Source of the DNA: Kudoa neothunni
Lineage: Eukaryota > Animalia > Cnidaria
Direction: 5' to 3'
Assembly: GCA_964304625.1 (NCBI GenBank)
Contig: OZ199838.1
Location: forward strand, 14,064,960-14,128,959
Length of the DNA: 64,000 nt
Within the stretch, counting starts at the first letter, position 1, and each line of letters begins with the position of its first letter. The notes under the pieces were generated by a model, which had not been told where the DNA came from, did not search any database, and saw nothing but the letters and a program-made list of their open reading frames with translations. Made by a program: the position numbers and the translations under genes. Of the stretch, positions 37,208-49,300 are shown piece by piece.

Positions 37208-38369
37208 CAGTAGGTGACGGCTCTTGCGCATTACCACTCGTGGGCACCTGCCATGGTTTAATGACTTACACAATACTGTTGCTAATTGAAATGAATCGAA
37301 TAAAAGCATAACAATTATAATAAATTTTTAAAACCTTAGTTTTTATTTTAATTCGTTGTATATAAGAATTAGCTCAAATTTACGACTCGTGGGCACTAAG
37401 CTTAAGAATAAAGTTGCCCAAATGATAGGTTGTGGGCACTTGAAGAGAATCAAGAAGTTACGTTCTTTGAAAGATAAAGTGGATATAATGGCATATTATG
37501 AAAGATTATCGAATAGGGAAAACAGATAAACTAAAATTCTCAATTATTTTAACTTAAAATATCTATCCTCTTTAAATAGAATTTTGGGTAATAAATAATC
37601 CATTATGAAGTCTCATAATCGAATGAAAATTACAAATAACCACAAAAAATTTACTATTTCTATGAATGATGCTCTAATTTATTTGAGAGAAATGTATAAA
37701 TTGTTCAGAAAACGAAATTATCAAATGTTATCTACGGTCATAGATCTAGAAACGACGATTTACAATTAAAAATGCCAGAGCTTTACCAGGAAAATAATAA
37801 CTTTTTCAAAGCAGAATCCAACTAACATGTATGATAAAAATTTTTGACTATATTATATTGAGTATATTAATTAATTTTATGAAATGTATGCATATTAATC
37901 TATATTAAATTTATCTTTCTTACTAACTCTTACTCCTATTTCCCATGATTACAAAAAATAATTTATTTGTTACGCCGCACTTCCATAAGATATAATAGTT
38001 CAGTAGGAAAGTTTTCTGCATGTTTTTATTTAAAATCGTCCAAACCTAGTGGTTAAAAACTAATAATTTTGTTTGTAATAAAATTAGATGTGTGAATTGT
38101 ATTTGTTATTTTTTAATTTTTGTTGACAGAAATCATTGGTATTATCATCACGTTGTCTGAATGGTTTGTTTTTACAAATTAAATTCAAGGATTGACTAGA
38201 TTAATCACACTTAACCGGTACATCACTGTTATAACAAAATTATTTGTATTAATATAATTTTGAGCATAAATGCAAACATGGTGATAAATAAGAGAGATTA
38301 AATTGCAAGAGAACGTACTAAAATTTTACTTCGTTCGCGAGCGCCATGACGGATCGAGGGCATCTACTG
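37208..38369 (+). mobile_element. pogo/Tigger relic
   Basis: Short TA-flanked termini cagtaggtg / catctactg; N-terminal HTH-like remnant KKLRSLKDKVDIMAYYER at ~37453. Confidence 0.55.
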
Positions 38370-39288
38370 TATTTGGAAAGCGCGATGAAATTTTATTCCG
38401 TACTTAATCCTTCGGTTTCGTTATATAGCATTAAAAAAAGTATTCCAGTATTTATAAAAAATTAAAATCTAAAAATATGTTAAAATTATTGAAAACATTT
38501 GTGATTTATGGTCACAATGGAAGTTACAATTGCACCCGACTTCACACAAACTAAAATTTAGCCGAAATTTAAAAATTACTTATGAGCTAAATGTTTTCAT
38601 AGAATATTCTTATTATATAAAAAACAACCCTACAAAATTAAGGATAAAAATGCGACAAATGTAGATTGAAGGAAGCCCACTTGAATAGGCTACAGAGTTC
38701 AATAAATAAATTTAAAATAACTTTTATATTAGCCTAAAAAATTAAAATAGTGGTATTTAAACGAATTTTATTTGCGTTGTCTTTCGCCGGAGCTTAACGA
38801 CTTTCGTTCCTGAACTGTGGATTAGTCAACCGCTATAGTTAGTGGTTCCTAAAAATAACTAAGGATTAGGATCAAATATTTCCAAACAGATAAACATATC
38901 AAAAATTATATAAGGCATTACATTTACAAAAGTGACGCATCGATATAACCAACGACTATTTACGATCAGGTCCCTTATGATTTGGGTGAAGAGTTTTACG
39001 TTTATAATAATAATAATAATAACAATGAATTGCAATAAGACATAAAACGATTGTAAAAAAATTTTTTAATTGTATAAAACTATTATTTGTTAACAGAAAA
39101 ATAACGATAGCTACGTAAATCTATTTATTTAATTAATCGCCAAGGTAAATAAAAAAAGACCTAAAGTTCATTAAACGTTGAAAATAACACATTGACTCTC
39201 ATCAACATAATTGAGTTATGTAGAAAAAATTATTAGCCCAATCCACGCCACGATAATAGCGTGAATCGTCATATCACGCGCACGCAGA

Positions 39289-40369
39289 ATGAAAATCAAA
39301 CGTCGTAAGAAGTGTAAAAAACGTCTCAACCTTTTCGTCAACAAGTTTGAATTTAAGAAGCCATATCGAATAATCACTGACATACATTTCTTGTTGAGAG
39401 CTTTAAAATTCAAGATAAAAATAAAAGAGCAATTGGAAAAATATTTGGATGGCCCTGTGGAGTTGAGTAAAATTTGGATTTAATTTACACTTTTGAATCT
39501 TTATTAATTCGTCCTAACACAAAAAAATTAGTAACAACAAGATGTGTCCTGGATGCAATTGAAAATGGTGGGGACCGTTTGAAAGGTTGTGCTATGATTG
39601 CTTCATCTTTCTCCAAATGGGAGTGCATTCACAAAAACAAACCAGTTAACGCTATAAAATGCATTAAATCAATAGTTGGTATGTGCGACTATTGATTTGG
39701 AACGTTTTATAACGTTTACTCTAGGTGAAAATAATCCTAAAAATTTATTTGTAGCTTCACAGTCGTTTGATTTATCCAAAATATACATGGATAAAAGTAG
39801 ATATCTTATTTCAAACGGATTTTTTTACTTATAAGCACTTCGATTCCATAATTCTCGTCTTTAATCATTCCATTTATTTACCTAACTTATAAATCACTAA
39901 TACCGAAATAGGAGTTCCTCTTTTACATATATCCCATAATACGATTATGATTCAAAAGAGTTTGGCTGACTCTACTAACGAAATGCAATCTTCCAACGAA
40001 ACAGTATATTTTTAGCTTCCAAGTGGAATAACATAGATATTTATTTTAGGATCAAACTACCAAAAATCAATTGACACTTGGCGATAGAAAGGCTCTAGGA
40101 TTGATGGACAAACCTACCAACACAACGTTGCCTCGCAAGAAAAAATCCAGGAACCCCAATCCTCTTTCCAGGAAGAAATCTACAAAAACATCAAATTTAA
40201 ATCAAAATGCGACACAACCTTTATCAAATTTGAATGCCGTATCATCTATTTTTTAATTTTTTTAATATTCTAATATACATATTAGTCGTCTAAAGTGGGT
40301 AAAAAACGGCGCAAATATAAGATTGCTTCTCACATTCTTGAAGCTATCAAACAGAAGGAATCATTATAG
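39289..40369 (+). CDS. UTP23: rRNA-processing protein UTP23 (Fcf1/PIN family), multi-exon
   Basis: MKIKRRKK...FKKPYRIITD...TTRCVL...CIH...CIKSIVGENN...FVASQ...GVPLLHI...NPNPLSRKK; short GT-AG introns; TAG stop at 40367-40369. Confidence 0.92.
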
Positions 40370-40484
40370 TTCATTTTTCGAATTATCAACTATATTTTAG
40401 TGTAAATAAATAAATATGTTGTAATAGATTTCGAAATGCTTATTTAATCCTTGCTGGCGCAAGCGCATTCATGACGTCATAAAA

Positions 40485-41027
40485 ATGTTGCGGTTAATTC
40501 AAATGAGATTTTGCTCTCATGTATCGCAAATACCAAATGAGATGACAGTGAGAGTTAAAACATTAAGGATAGATAATTTTATAACCAAAGCAACAAGTCT
40601 AAGTAGAAAGTGATTAGATTTTTTTAGGGAAAATTATTATAACGAATTTAGCAAATCCGAATTAGCCATTAGGTCGGCTCTAATAGGAGTGAATGGAGAT
40701 CCTGTATTGAAACCAAGTCAACAAGTATAAAATAATTTCGTCGTCCTGTTCACATGTTAATAAGTTATATAAACTTTGTGTTAGATCGATTCTGGAATGG
40801 TCATTGATTATATTAAAGATAGCAACGATGGTATATTGGATTTGACACGTTGGCAAAATATTGAAATTGAAGAACTTGAGAACCCCAAACCAAATGGAAC
40901 CAAATACGAAATCACGTTCGATCTTATTAAATCCATAAAAATACCCTTGGATGAATACAAAGATAATGTAAAAAGGGCAGTGGAAATTGAACGCCAAGTG
41001 CTGGCATCTGATCAATCCACCAAATAA
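40485..41027 (+). CDS. MTRES1: Mitochondrial transcription rescue factor 1-like S4-domain protein, 3 exons
   Basis: Presequence-like start MLRLIQMRFCSH; spliced S4-like domain VKTLRIDNFITKATSLSRNKSELAIRSALIGVNGDPVLKPSQQIDSGMVIDYI; C-terminal KYEITFDLIKSIKIP resembles MTRES1/C6orf203. Confidence 0.72.
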
Positions 41028-41414
41028 CAATATTTTTTTACCTATAAATTTTGTTTTTCGTTTTATATTAGTTGTTTGCGCGCAATACTCAAGTACAAAG
41101 TATTTAGATGATGACAAAATAAAAATAATATTGCCTCTTACTTTAAATATCACAAGACTAATCTTTAGTATATTCTCAGATTTATTATTAAATGCTTAAC
41201 CGTTCATTACAAGAATTTTAATTCTACTTCTCGATTTCATAAAGTTGATCAAAAATTCGGACTACATTAAGAATGAGACTAATTTTTAGAACACACTTGT
41301 CTGAATTTCATTATAAATATTTATTTTGTTATAATACAAAATTTTGAACAATTATTTAGCTTAAACCCATTCTACCAAACTTTAAACAGGCTCGTTCCCC
41401 CATAAACCAATGAA

Positions 41415-41870
41415 TTTTTTTTGTGTTTACAAGGTAAAACCCCCGGGGGAAATTTTTTAGGTTGTGGAATTCCGGTTGGTCAGACCTCTTCCATTAACGC
41501 TTTAGGCACCGCAAGACGTAACATGAAACCCCGCCCTTTATCTTTATGCTGTAGTATGGGATTTTATTTAACCCACTAAACATCCTCGTCTCAGGGCGAC
41601 CACCACCCCAAACCCTATCACTTTAAGGATGTTGGATCTGTGTGGGACTGCAAATGACTTGCCGCCTTTCAATGGGTTCCGGAGATTCAAACTCCTATTC
41701 ACGCTCACTCCACTCCACAGCGAGCGTACACTTTAACCATAATAGCTCAAGAATATGGGATAGAGACCCCCCGACACGGAAGCCATGGTCTGACCACCAG
41801 CGGATTCGAACCTATTGCCTCAAGGTTCTGAGTCCGAGGTGTCACACCGATATGCTGTCTGTCCTCGGCT
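41415..41870 (-). mobile_element. tRNA-derived SINE, family B (different body, same 3' module as family A)
   Basis: Minus-strand head agccgaggacagacagcatatcggtg...GGTTCGAATCC; the tail acgaggatgtttagtggg...aaatcccatactacagcataaa...tgcggtgcctaaagcgt...ccttgtaaacacaaaa is shared with 13991-14502 and 62616-63117. Confidence 0.85.
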
Positions 41871-41879
41871 GAGAGATGG

Positions 41880-42520
41880 AGTGAAAGGATGTCTATGCCA
41901 AAGTATATTGAAATGATTTATTTGGGACATTCTTGACCGATCAAAGTGAATGAGTTTTCATTAAAAGTTTTAGAGGGTGTATAGCTTAAATTCGTTTCTA
42001 AATTAACAACGGCACATGTGATTGCACCTGTCTTTCATCCTAATTATAAAAAATTTGAACGTTAAAATGGATTACACACAATGATGAAGTTAAAATACAA
42101 TTATAGATATATTTCCACAATTTTAGATTTTTTCAAAATTAAAGATTTAAATGTACAAGTTAATAACGCCTTCGCCGATTCCATTCTAAGTTAACCTAAA
42201 CTTTGTCAAAAAAGAAGACTCGCGGCTACTATTGATACTTTTTTGCTATCGTCGAACACCGCACGTATAGGGAAGAAATATGAAATTATTTAAACGAATC
42301 TGTTTCGAAAATATATGATGATCCTCTAATTTATTGCGCTCATTCTAGCCATTCAAACCTCAAACATCTAGCGAGGTCAATTTATTCTATTCCGGTGAGT
42401 TCTGCAGAATGTAAAAGACATGTCTCAAGGGCTGAATTAACGTTGCAAAAGATCCATCATCGCTTAAAGCCATGTCATTTTTAGAAGGTAGTTTTTCTCA
42501 GATATTATAATTCCTCTAGA
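41880..42520 (+). pseudogene. hAT transposase C-terminal fragment
   Basis: HVIAPVFHPNYKK and DPL...LKHLARSIYSIPVSSAECKRHVSRA (hAT dimerisation domain). Confidence 0.75.
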
Positions 42521-43069
42521 TTATTATAATCATAGCTGAAGAAAATTAAATGTACGAAGGTTTTTTAGGCTGTGCACACATTCAACTGTTTCAATATGGA
42601 TTATCTAGGGTCGGACGATTGTCGGACACGGACAAATTTTACTGAACCTTGTATCACCCTGATACTACCGGTCCCGACCGGATAGTACGTACCATTTCTC
42701 CAATCCCTAAGGGATTACGGACGACCGATACATTACTATATACATATTATTTTAATCCAATTACGGTTGATATCTATAAGAGAAAAAAAATTGAGCAAAG
42801 AATGTCTCCGAATGCTGAAAATAACCTGTTAGATTATGTTAAGTCACCTCGATCGAATCATTTCTCATACCTCCTCTAATAATCCTTTTGGGGGAATTAG
42901 TAGCCCTATATTTTTTGATCAAATCACTTAATGTTGATCTCGGAATGCCTAAATCCTCGAAAGCTTCGTTCTGGTCTTTTCCTTTGTTAACGACAAGATG
43001 GCAAAAGGAGCTCTCTTATTTTAAAAATAATGCATTTTTAAAGACATCTTGAGTGACGCTTGGTTTAGA

Positions 43070-43155
43070 CCTAGTTTCAATTGCGACAAAACCGGTTTAA
43101 CGTTGAAAAATCTAGTTTAAATTACAACGAATCCAGTTTCGATTGTAATGAATCC
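43070..43155. repeat. Degenerate ~21-bp minisatellite (about 4 units)
   Basis: ctagtttcaattgcgacaaaa / ccggtttaacgttgaaaaat / ctagtttaaattacaacgaat / ccagtttcgattgtaatgaat. Confidence 0.5.
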
Positions 43156-43574
43156 GGGGTATTGGGCGCAAAAACTGATATTACTCTAACTAATTATTTG
43201 CGTTCCATAATATTGATGATACATAGCCCGAAAATTAAAAAAAATAATTTTATTTTACTAAAGTAAATTGGCTCTTTAAAGAAAAAAAGGGTATGGAAAT
43301 AAATGCAGGAAAATGACTGATTTAACCAAACCTCAGGTTTACGAAATTCCTTCAAAATACTTGCAGGGTGATATTATATACGGTCTTAATTTTCACTCTC
43401 GTTTCAGATTTTCTCTTAGGTTTATTAAAATTAAATGTGTTTGAAAAAGCTCCTTTTATCTTTTTTCTTCATATTGGTTTTATTTTAACGTAATAATATT
43501 GGCAGATTCTTGCTAATCTTCTCGCTTTACTATATCTCGAATTGAGTGTTAAAAATTGAAAACAAGATCTAGAG

Positions 43575-44207
43575 AAGGGGTCTCCAGACTTTTTTTTCGT
43601 CGACCCCATCCAGAAATGTTCTTAAAAATATAAAGTATTTTTAACTTTTCCATTAAAAAAAGGTAAAAATATCTTTAACATAACCCGTTAATATTCTATT
43701 TATAATACGTGTAATATATAAAATTATGCTTATCGAAATATATCATTTATCAGCAATGTAACGTTAAAACATATTAGAAAAATTTCATATTTTCGTAAAT
43801 TTACACATATTTATAATCAGATGATAACAAAAAAACAATTTAATAGAAAATTTACCATTAAATAAGTAGACGTTGAAAAGTGTTTAGTACACCTATTTAT
43901 TAGAATTGTTACAAAAAATAACTAAAATAACAAATGTGCAAACATCCATCAAGAGATTTATTCCTTGACGTTAATGAGAAGGAGGCACTTGGCGAGCAGC
44001 TACCAGACTCCTGATGTCTGGTTGAAAATTCGTTAGCTTCAGCCTCAAATCTCCACGATCCTCAAGGTTAAGCCGGTTCCTTAGCTTTATCGAAATTGCG
44101 TTCGCATGACTAAAACCGACTTCAACCATATAGGTCAATGTTTCCCTGCGAATTTTACACTCATTCCACCATGTTAATTCCCGGCTCACTTCGCGCCCCT
44201 CCTCCAT
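43575..44207 (-). mobile_element. hAT (Buster/Charlie) 3' fragment
   Basis: ORF 43971-44207: YMVEVGFS...KLRNRLNLEDRGDLRLKLTNFQPDI...QVPPSH; TIR-like aggggtctccagacttttt at ~43576. Confidence 0.82.
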
Positions 44208-44422
44208 GTGAAGGTCAAGGCTTAGTTTTACCGATTATTTAAATTCAGAAATAATAATACCAGTAAAAAACCTTATTAAATTGTACTTGTTATTATTTAA
44301 ATTGTTTATGTTGAAGTTGGCACGATTTGTAGCTGTTTATGTGAAAAAGTGCGTTAAGCTCTTGCCAGGCCAAGGGATATTAATTTGAGCAATAAAAATT
44401 AATTTTCGTTTATTTTCTTCTA

Positions 44423-44809
44423 TCTCTGTATCTTTATCTATTTATTCGTCTCCCGTAAACAGTGGCTCACAAGCTTTCTGAGCCAGGCCAAAAATAACGT
44501 TTAGAGTAACATTTTAAGGGGGTTTAAATAATTCGGAGATGCAAATTAAATACGACAACTGACGTTAAATTATTTAGTATTGGTGCCGCGTCCTGAAATT
44601 TTTAAATAAACGTCGGGATTGATACACACCTGGTGTTGAAATGATCATTACTTAAATTTCGACATAAAAATCGACAAAGTATGTTGCTTAAAATAATTTA
44701 GTCATACTGTCTCTATAAATCAATTTGAACCATAATATATTTTTGAATGCTATTAATAAACGTATCTACGCGAAATCTTCCCCAAGTAACGCTGGGCAAT
44801 TCCCACTAG
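44423..44809 (+). mobile_element. Short non-autonomous Helitron
   Basis: A|TC start (approximate); 3' hairpin cccaagtaacgctggg then CTAG|T; homologous to the 35426 copy. Confidence 0.7.
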
Positions 44810-46309
44810 TTATAATTATTTTCGGAGCTTTTGTAACTTTGATTCAAATCAATTTTAAAAATAAGACTTATCATTCTTAGTCATTCAAAAACTTAATGTT
44901 ATCTATCGTTGTATATATTGCTGATAACAATTAATATCAATGATCATTAAATTTTAAGAAAAATAATTTTAATGTGTTCGTTAGTTTTTTATGCGTTATC
45001 AAGTTTATTTACATTAATTAAAAAAATTAAACTACTTAATTACGACAATTGGAGATTGGTTTTAACCTAAAAAATATTAACAAACATTAAATATCAGGCT
45101 AGTCGTTGATTAATTGTATTCAAAAGTGTAGTGCGGAGTAGAAAAATGGAAAGCATTACTTTATAACCCAGAAAATTTAGTGCACTCTCTATAACACGCA
45201 TCAACCCCCATTCGACCACTAACATAATTATCGACCACTGATCTAGAGCAAGCTATATATAACATTAATAGTGTATTTCAAAAATTTTTAGACTAATTTA
45301 TGGACGGTTGAAGGAGATTTAGACTAACTTGGTCTGTAGTCAAAAAGTGACTTTATCGGCACCCACGCGATGATTAAATGAGTATGACCGCCGTAAAGTA
45401 AGGATAAAATATCCCTAATTGAATAACCGAAATAATTTCCAATTGAGACATGAAAAAACCTCGTGTGATCAATGTAAAATTCATCCCCAGCATAATCTTC
45501 TTTCAAATAACAATTTGTTCGCACTCTCTATTGCAAATCTATCATTACAGTAGTCAGATTAAATACGTAATGTACAGGAAAGAAATAATCGTATCATGCA
45601 GGTCGTAACACCTTAATTCAATATTGCACTATAATTATACCAATATTTAAGGATGCACGGTTTTGTACTTAGATAGAAACTTTATAATTTTGAAGCAACA
45701 TACATAATTTAGAATTTCAAAGATTTAAAACTTCTAGAAGATGTCGATTAGTTATATGGAGGCGGCGATAAAATTGCTGTAAATATAGGTATTAACTGTA
45801 GGATAAACCACACACAAATAATGACATTGTGTGAATAATAACACTCAGAGCTTAAGTTTGGTTGGAATAAAAAATGTTCGATACACATATGGATACTTTA
45901 GGTATCATTTCAAAGCCATTACGCATTTAACACAACCGGATATGACACATCTTTCATCATACAAAAACGAGAGTTAATACCCCAATCGATAGACATGTAC
46001 TTTTCTGTGCAGATTTAATGTTTGTTTAAAATAACAAGACGACTATTGATCCAGTAATTGCGAAATCCGATGTTTTAGTGAGAAAAATTATTGAACAATT
46101 AATGTGTTCATCTCCGAAACCCAGTCAACTTAAACAATACGGAAAAGAAGTTGTTGGGTTTTTTCAAATTCTGCAGACGACCGTTTACTGCATTGGATCA
46201 CATTTGTTTACGTCAACCTCAGCTGAAAACATAGATGTTAAATAATTACGATCAATAGCGAACTAGGCCGACATATATATATCGTATTTTGATCTGTGAA
46301 AATTTTGGA

Positions 46310-49300
46310 ATGGTGATAACATTAAAATTTCACCCACTACCAAACTCCCATCCATACAATGAGAAGATTGTGAAAATAGGCGGTGAGATAAAAATCGGGA
46401 GAGCATCATTTGAAAACCCTTGCCGTGCCGACAATCTTCTTTTCAAAAGTCAAGTTCTTTCTCGTCAACATGCCACACTATGGTGTAATAACGATACGAA
46501 TCAGGTAATTAGCTTGGTCTAATGGGTCACCAATGATTTGGGGTTTATTGGCTCAATGTTAATGCGATGTTTGGTGGCAGGTGTATTTGAAAGATAACAA
46601 CAGCAGCAATGGTACTTATGTGAACGATGTTGCGATTTCACGATCGAATGGTAACAGTTGTGTTGAGCTGCATTCGGGTGATATTGTTCAATTTGGTGCC
46701 GATGTGTACAGTGGTAATTTTATCGATATTCCAACCAATGAATTGTGTGGGTGTTATCGTTGATTGATCGGTTGGTTGTTTAGAGTCCACCGGAATTCAT
46801 CATAAAGCGGTGGTTGCGATGATTACCGTTTTAATAAATGATGACGATCATCTCATTAGTGACGACCACCACAATGCCGATTCATTTCCTAGTTCAGATT
46901 CTCGATTGAAACGTTCACCGTCACCAACAGCAACAACAAATGAGCTTTTAAACGCACCAAAAATCTCAACAAAAGATGCTGAATCTTTAGGTGTGTTTTG
47001 AGCTTGTGTTAGCACTATTCAAAAACTCATTTGATGTTAGATATAACTCCGATCGTGGAAGATTCGAAAAGTGCTCCAAAAGTATTCTATTTTATGATAA
47101 TTTAGAACATTTTTCCCGACTAATAAATTCATATTCAGAGCAAAAAAGTCGCCCGAATCGAAATATCCACCTCCAAATATGTGAAATTCCAAGAATTGAT
47201 TGCCGAGTTGGCGAATCGCGTGAAAACAAGTTCCGAACGAATCAAGCAGTTAGAAACGGTTTTTGAAACAATCACCAAAACAGTAGATGAATCCAGCCAG
47301 GTAATTTAATCTATCTATTTAAAAATCGGCTTTACTCGCATTCAAATTTAATCCCATATGGCTTTTGCGTTATATTTTTTAATCTTAGAAGAACGTTTTT
47401 GAGAGGGGTGGGCATTATCAGTTTTTAGATTTGTTTTATTTTGTTGTTAGCCTACTAAGAGTAGACTTATGGAGTTCGCCGAAAAGACATTCATGAACTT
47501 GAGGACCTTGTACTAATTAATAATGGCTTATGGCAGATTAAAAAATGAGCTGGTGCAGCGGTTCTTAGCCTGGGGTTCACGGACGAATTCGAGTCGTTCC
47601 ATGAGTGATTTCAATAAAATTTTTAACCAGTTTTACTAACATGTATTCAACATAATAAAGAATTTTTTAGTATTAACGTAATTATTCAAAATTGCAAATA
47701 TACCCTTTCGTTATGTTTCTTATAAAAATTTAATGTTACAAAATTCTCTTGAGTTAACATTTATTTTGTAAAAGGTTATATAAAAATTAGTCACTTAGTA
47801 GGTTATTGCACAAAAACTACAAGTTTTCTACAAACTTTTTCGTAATGTTGCAAAGTATGCAATTGGAACGATTACTCCTGTTTACACTGACCTACTTTTG
47901 ATAATTTAAATTTTCCAACTGGTTACTATTAAAACGAAGTTACAAAATCAATTATGATGCGCTCTTTCAAATAATTATTCAAATTTCCGTTAACCAATCG
48001 ATAACAAACAACTACAAACATCTCATTAAATATTCTTGTAATTTTTAATGTTTATATAAGGATCATGAGTTTTGTATTGAATTCGCATTCTATAATACAG
48101 TAGGTAATCGATTACCTAGGGACCAGAGAAAAGTTACTAATTTTGCTTCACTGCCCGATTTTACGTACTTTTGAATGATTTCGCGGATATTTACAAATAT
48201 TTTGTATTGATGTAATACGATAAAATTCACAATTTTAGACAAATTTTTCTATTTTTAACATAACTTGAAGAAAATCTGGCGACAGTGCATTTAGATCTTT
48301 ATCATTTTCTTTAATGTGGGTTTTGACTGAAATACCTTTGTAGTTGGAATTTGGAAAATAAATTATTCGTTTATTGAGAGATAGCAATAAACTTGCTAGA
48401 TTTTTTGAACAACACGAGAATGATGTTATATAATTTATTTCCATGATTAAAGCCGAGCTACAGAAATTTTGATATAAATTTTAAACAGTATCTTTGAAAT
48501 TAATATTTTAATTGTTTCACTATCATCATCATTTTTTCTTTCTTTTCTACTCAAATTGGTTGATTAAATTTTTCCAGCCGTTAAAAAACAATTAATTTTT
48601 ATGATGGCGAATCGAAGGATGCTCTGGACTGCTCCCAGAAATGGACATATAAAATAGCTCATCAATCATTTTAGATCTCTTTTCTAGATGTGAATTCTAT
48701 TCCAGACGTAAATCAAAGTTTACTTTAGAAAATTTGTACATATTAAAATAATGTACATTGCTTTGTTGGTTGAATAGTATAGTTTTATATAACCTATACA
48801 AAAAAAGCTGGTATAAGATCTTGCAACAATATCGCTTAATTTATTTTACCATTTATGGTAACATTTTTGGGTGTATAAATGATCACCCAAGTAAATTAAC
48901 CATTTTTAAATTGAGGCGCTACCTATAACCATAAAATCCCCTAAATGTAATAATTAATTTGAATTGAACTTCTTTACTCATTTTTTATACATTGAATCGT
49001 CTATAATAAATCGGGTTTCTTTGCTCTAATGCTTTTAATCAGTTATAAACCATAGCATAAAGATTATTATTTTGTCCCACTTCCAGAATGTTTCTTTTTA
49101 ATGAATACAAACTCATTTTACATGAGGAAATTAATTCGACATTCTCATTTTAGGAATCGTCAAAATTGAAATAGGTACGAGATCAAAATCTTGAAATGTA
49201 AAAATTTATCGGCTTCCGTTAGCAAGTTTTTAAGTATTGGAAAATAATAAACTTTGCTTTATGTCTAAATATTTTACAGTGATTAATGTATGTAATAAGT

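Noticed and set aside
45324-46000. Possible retroelement remnants (GDEFY motif; integrase-like YAFNTT)
   Set aside because: Too short and degenerate to support without a profile search.
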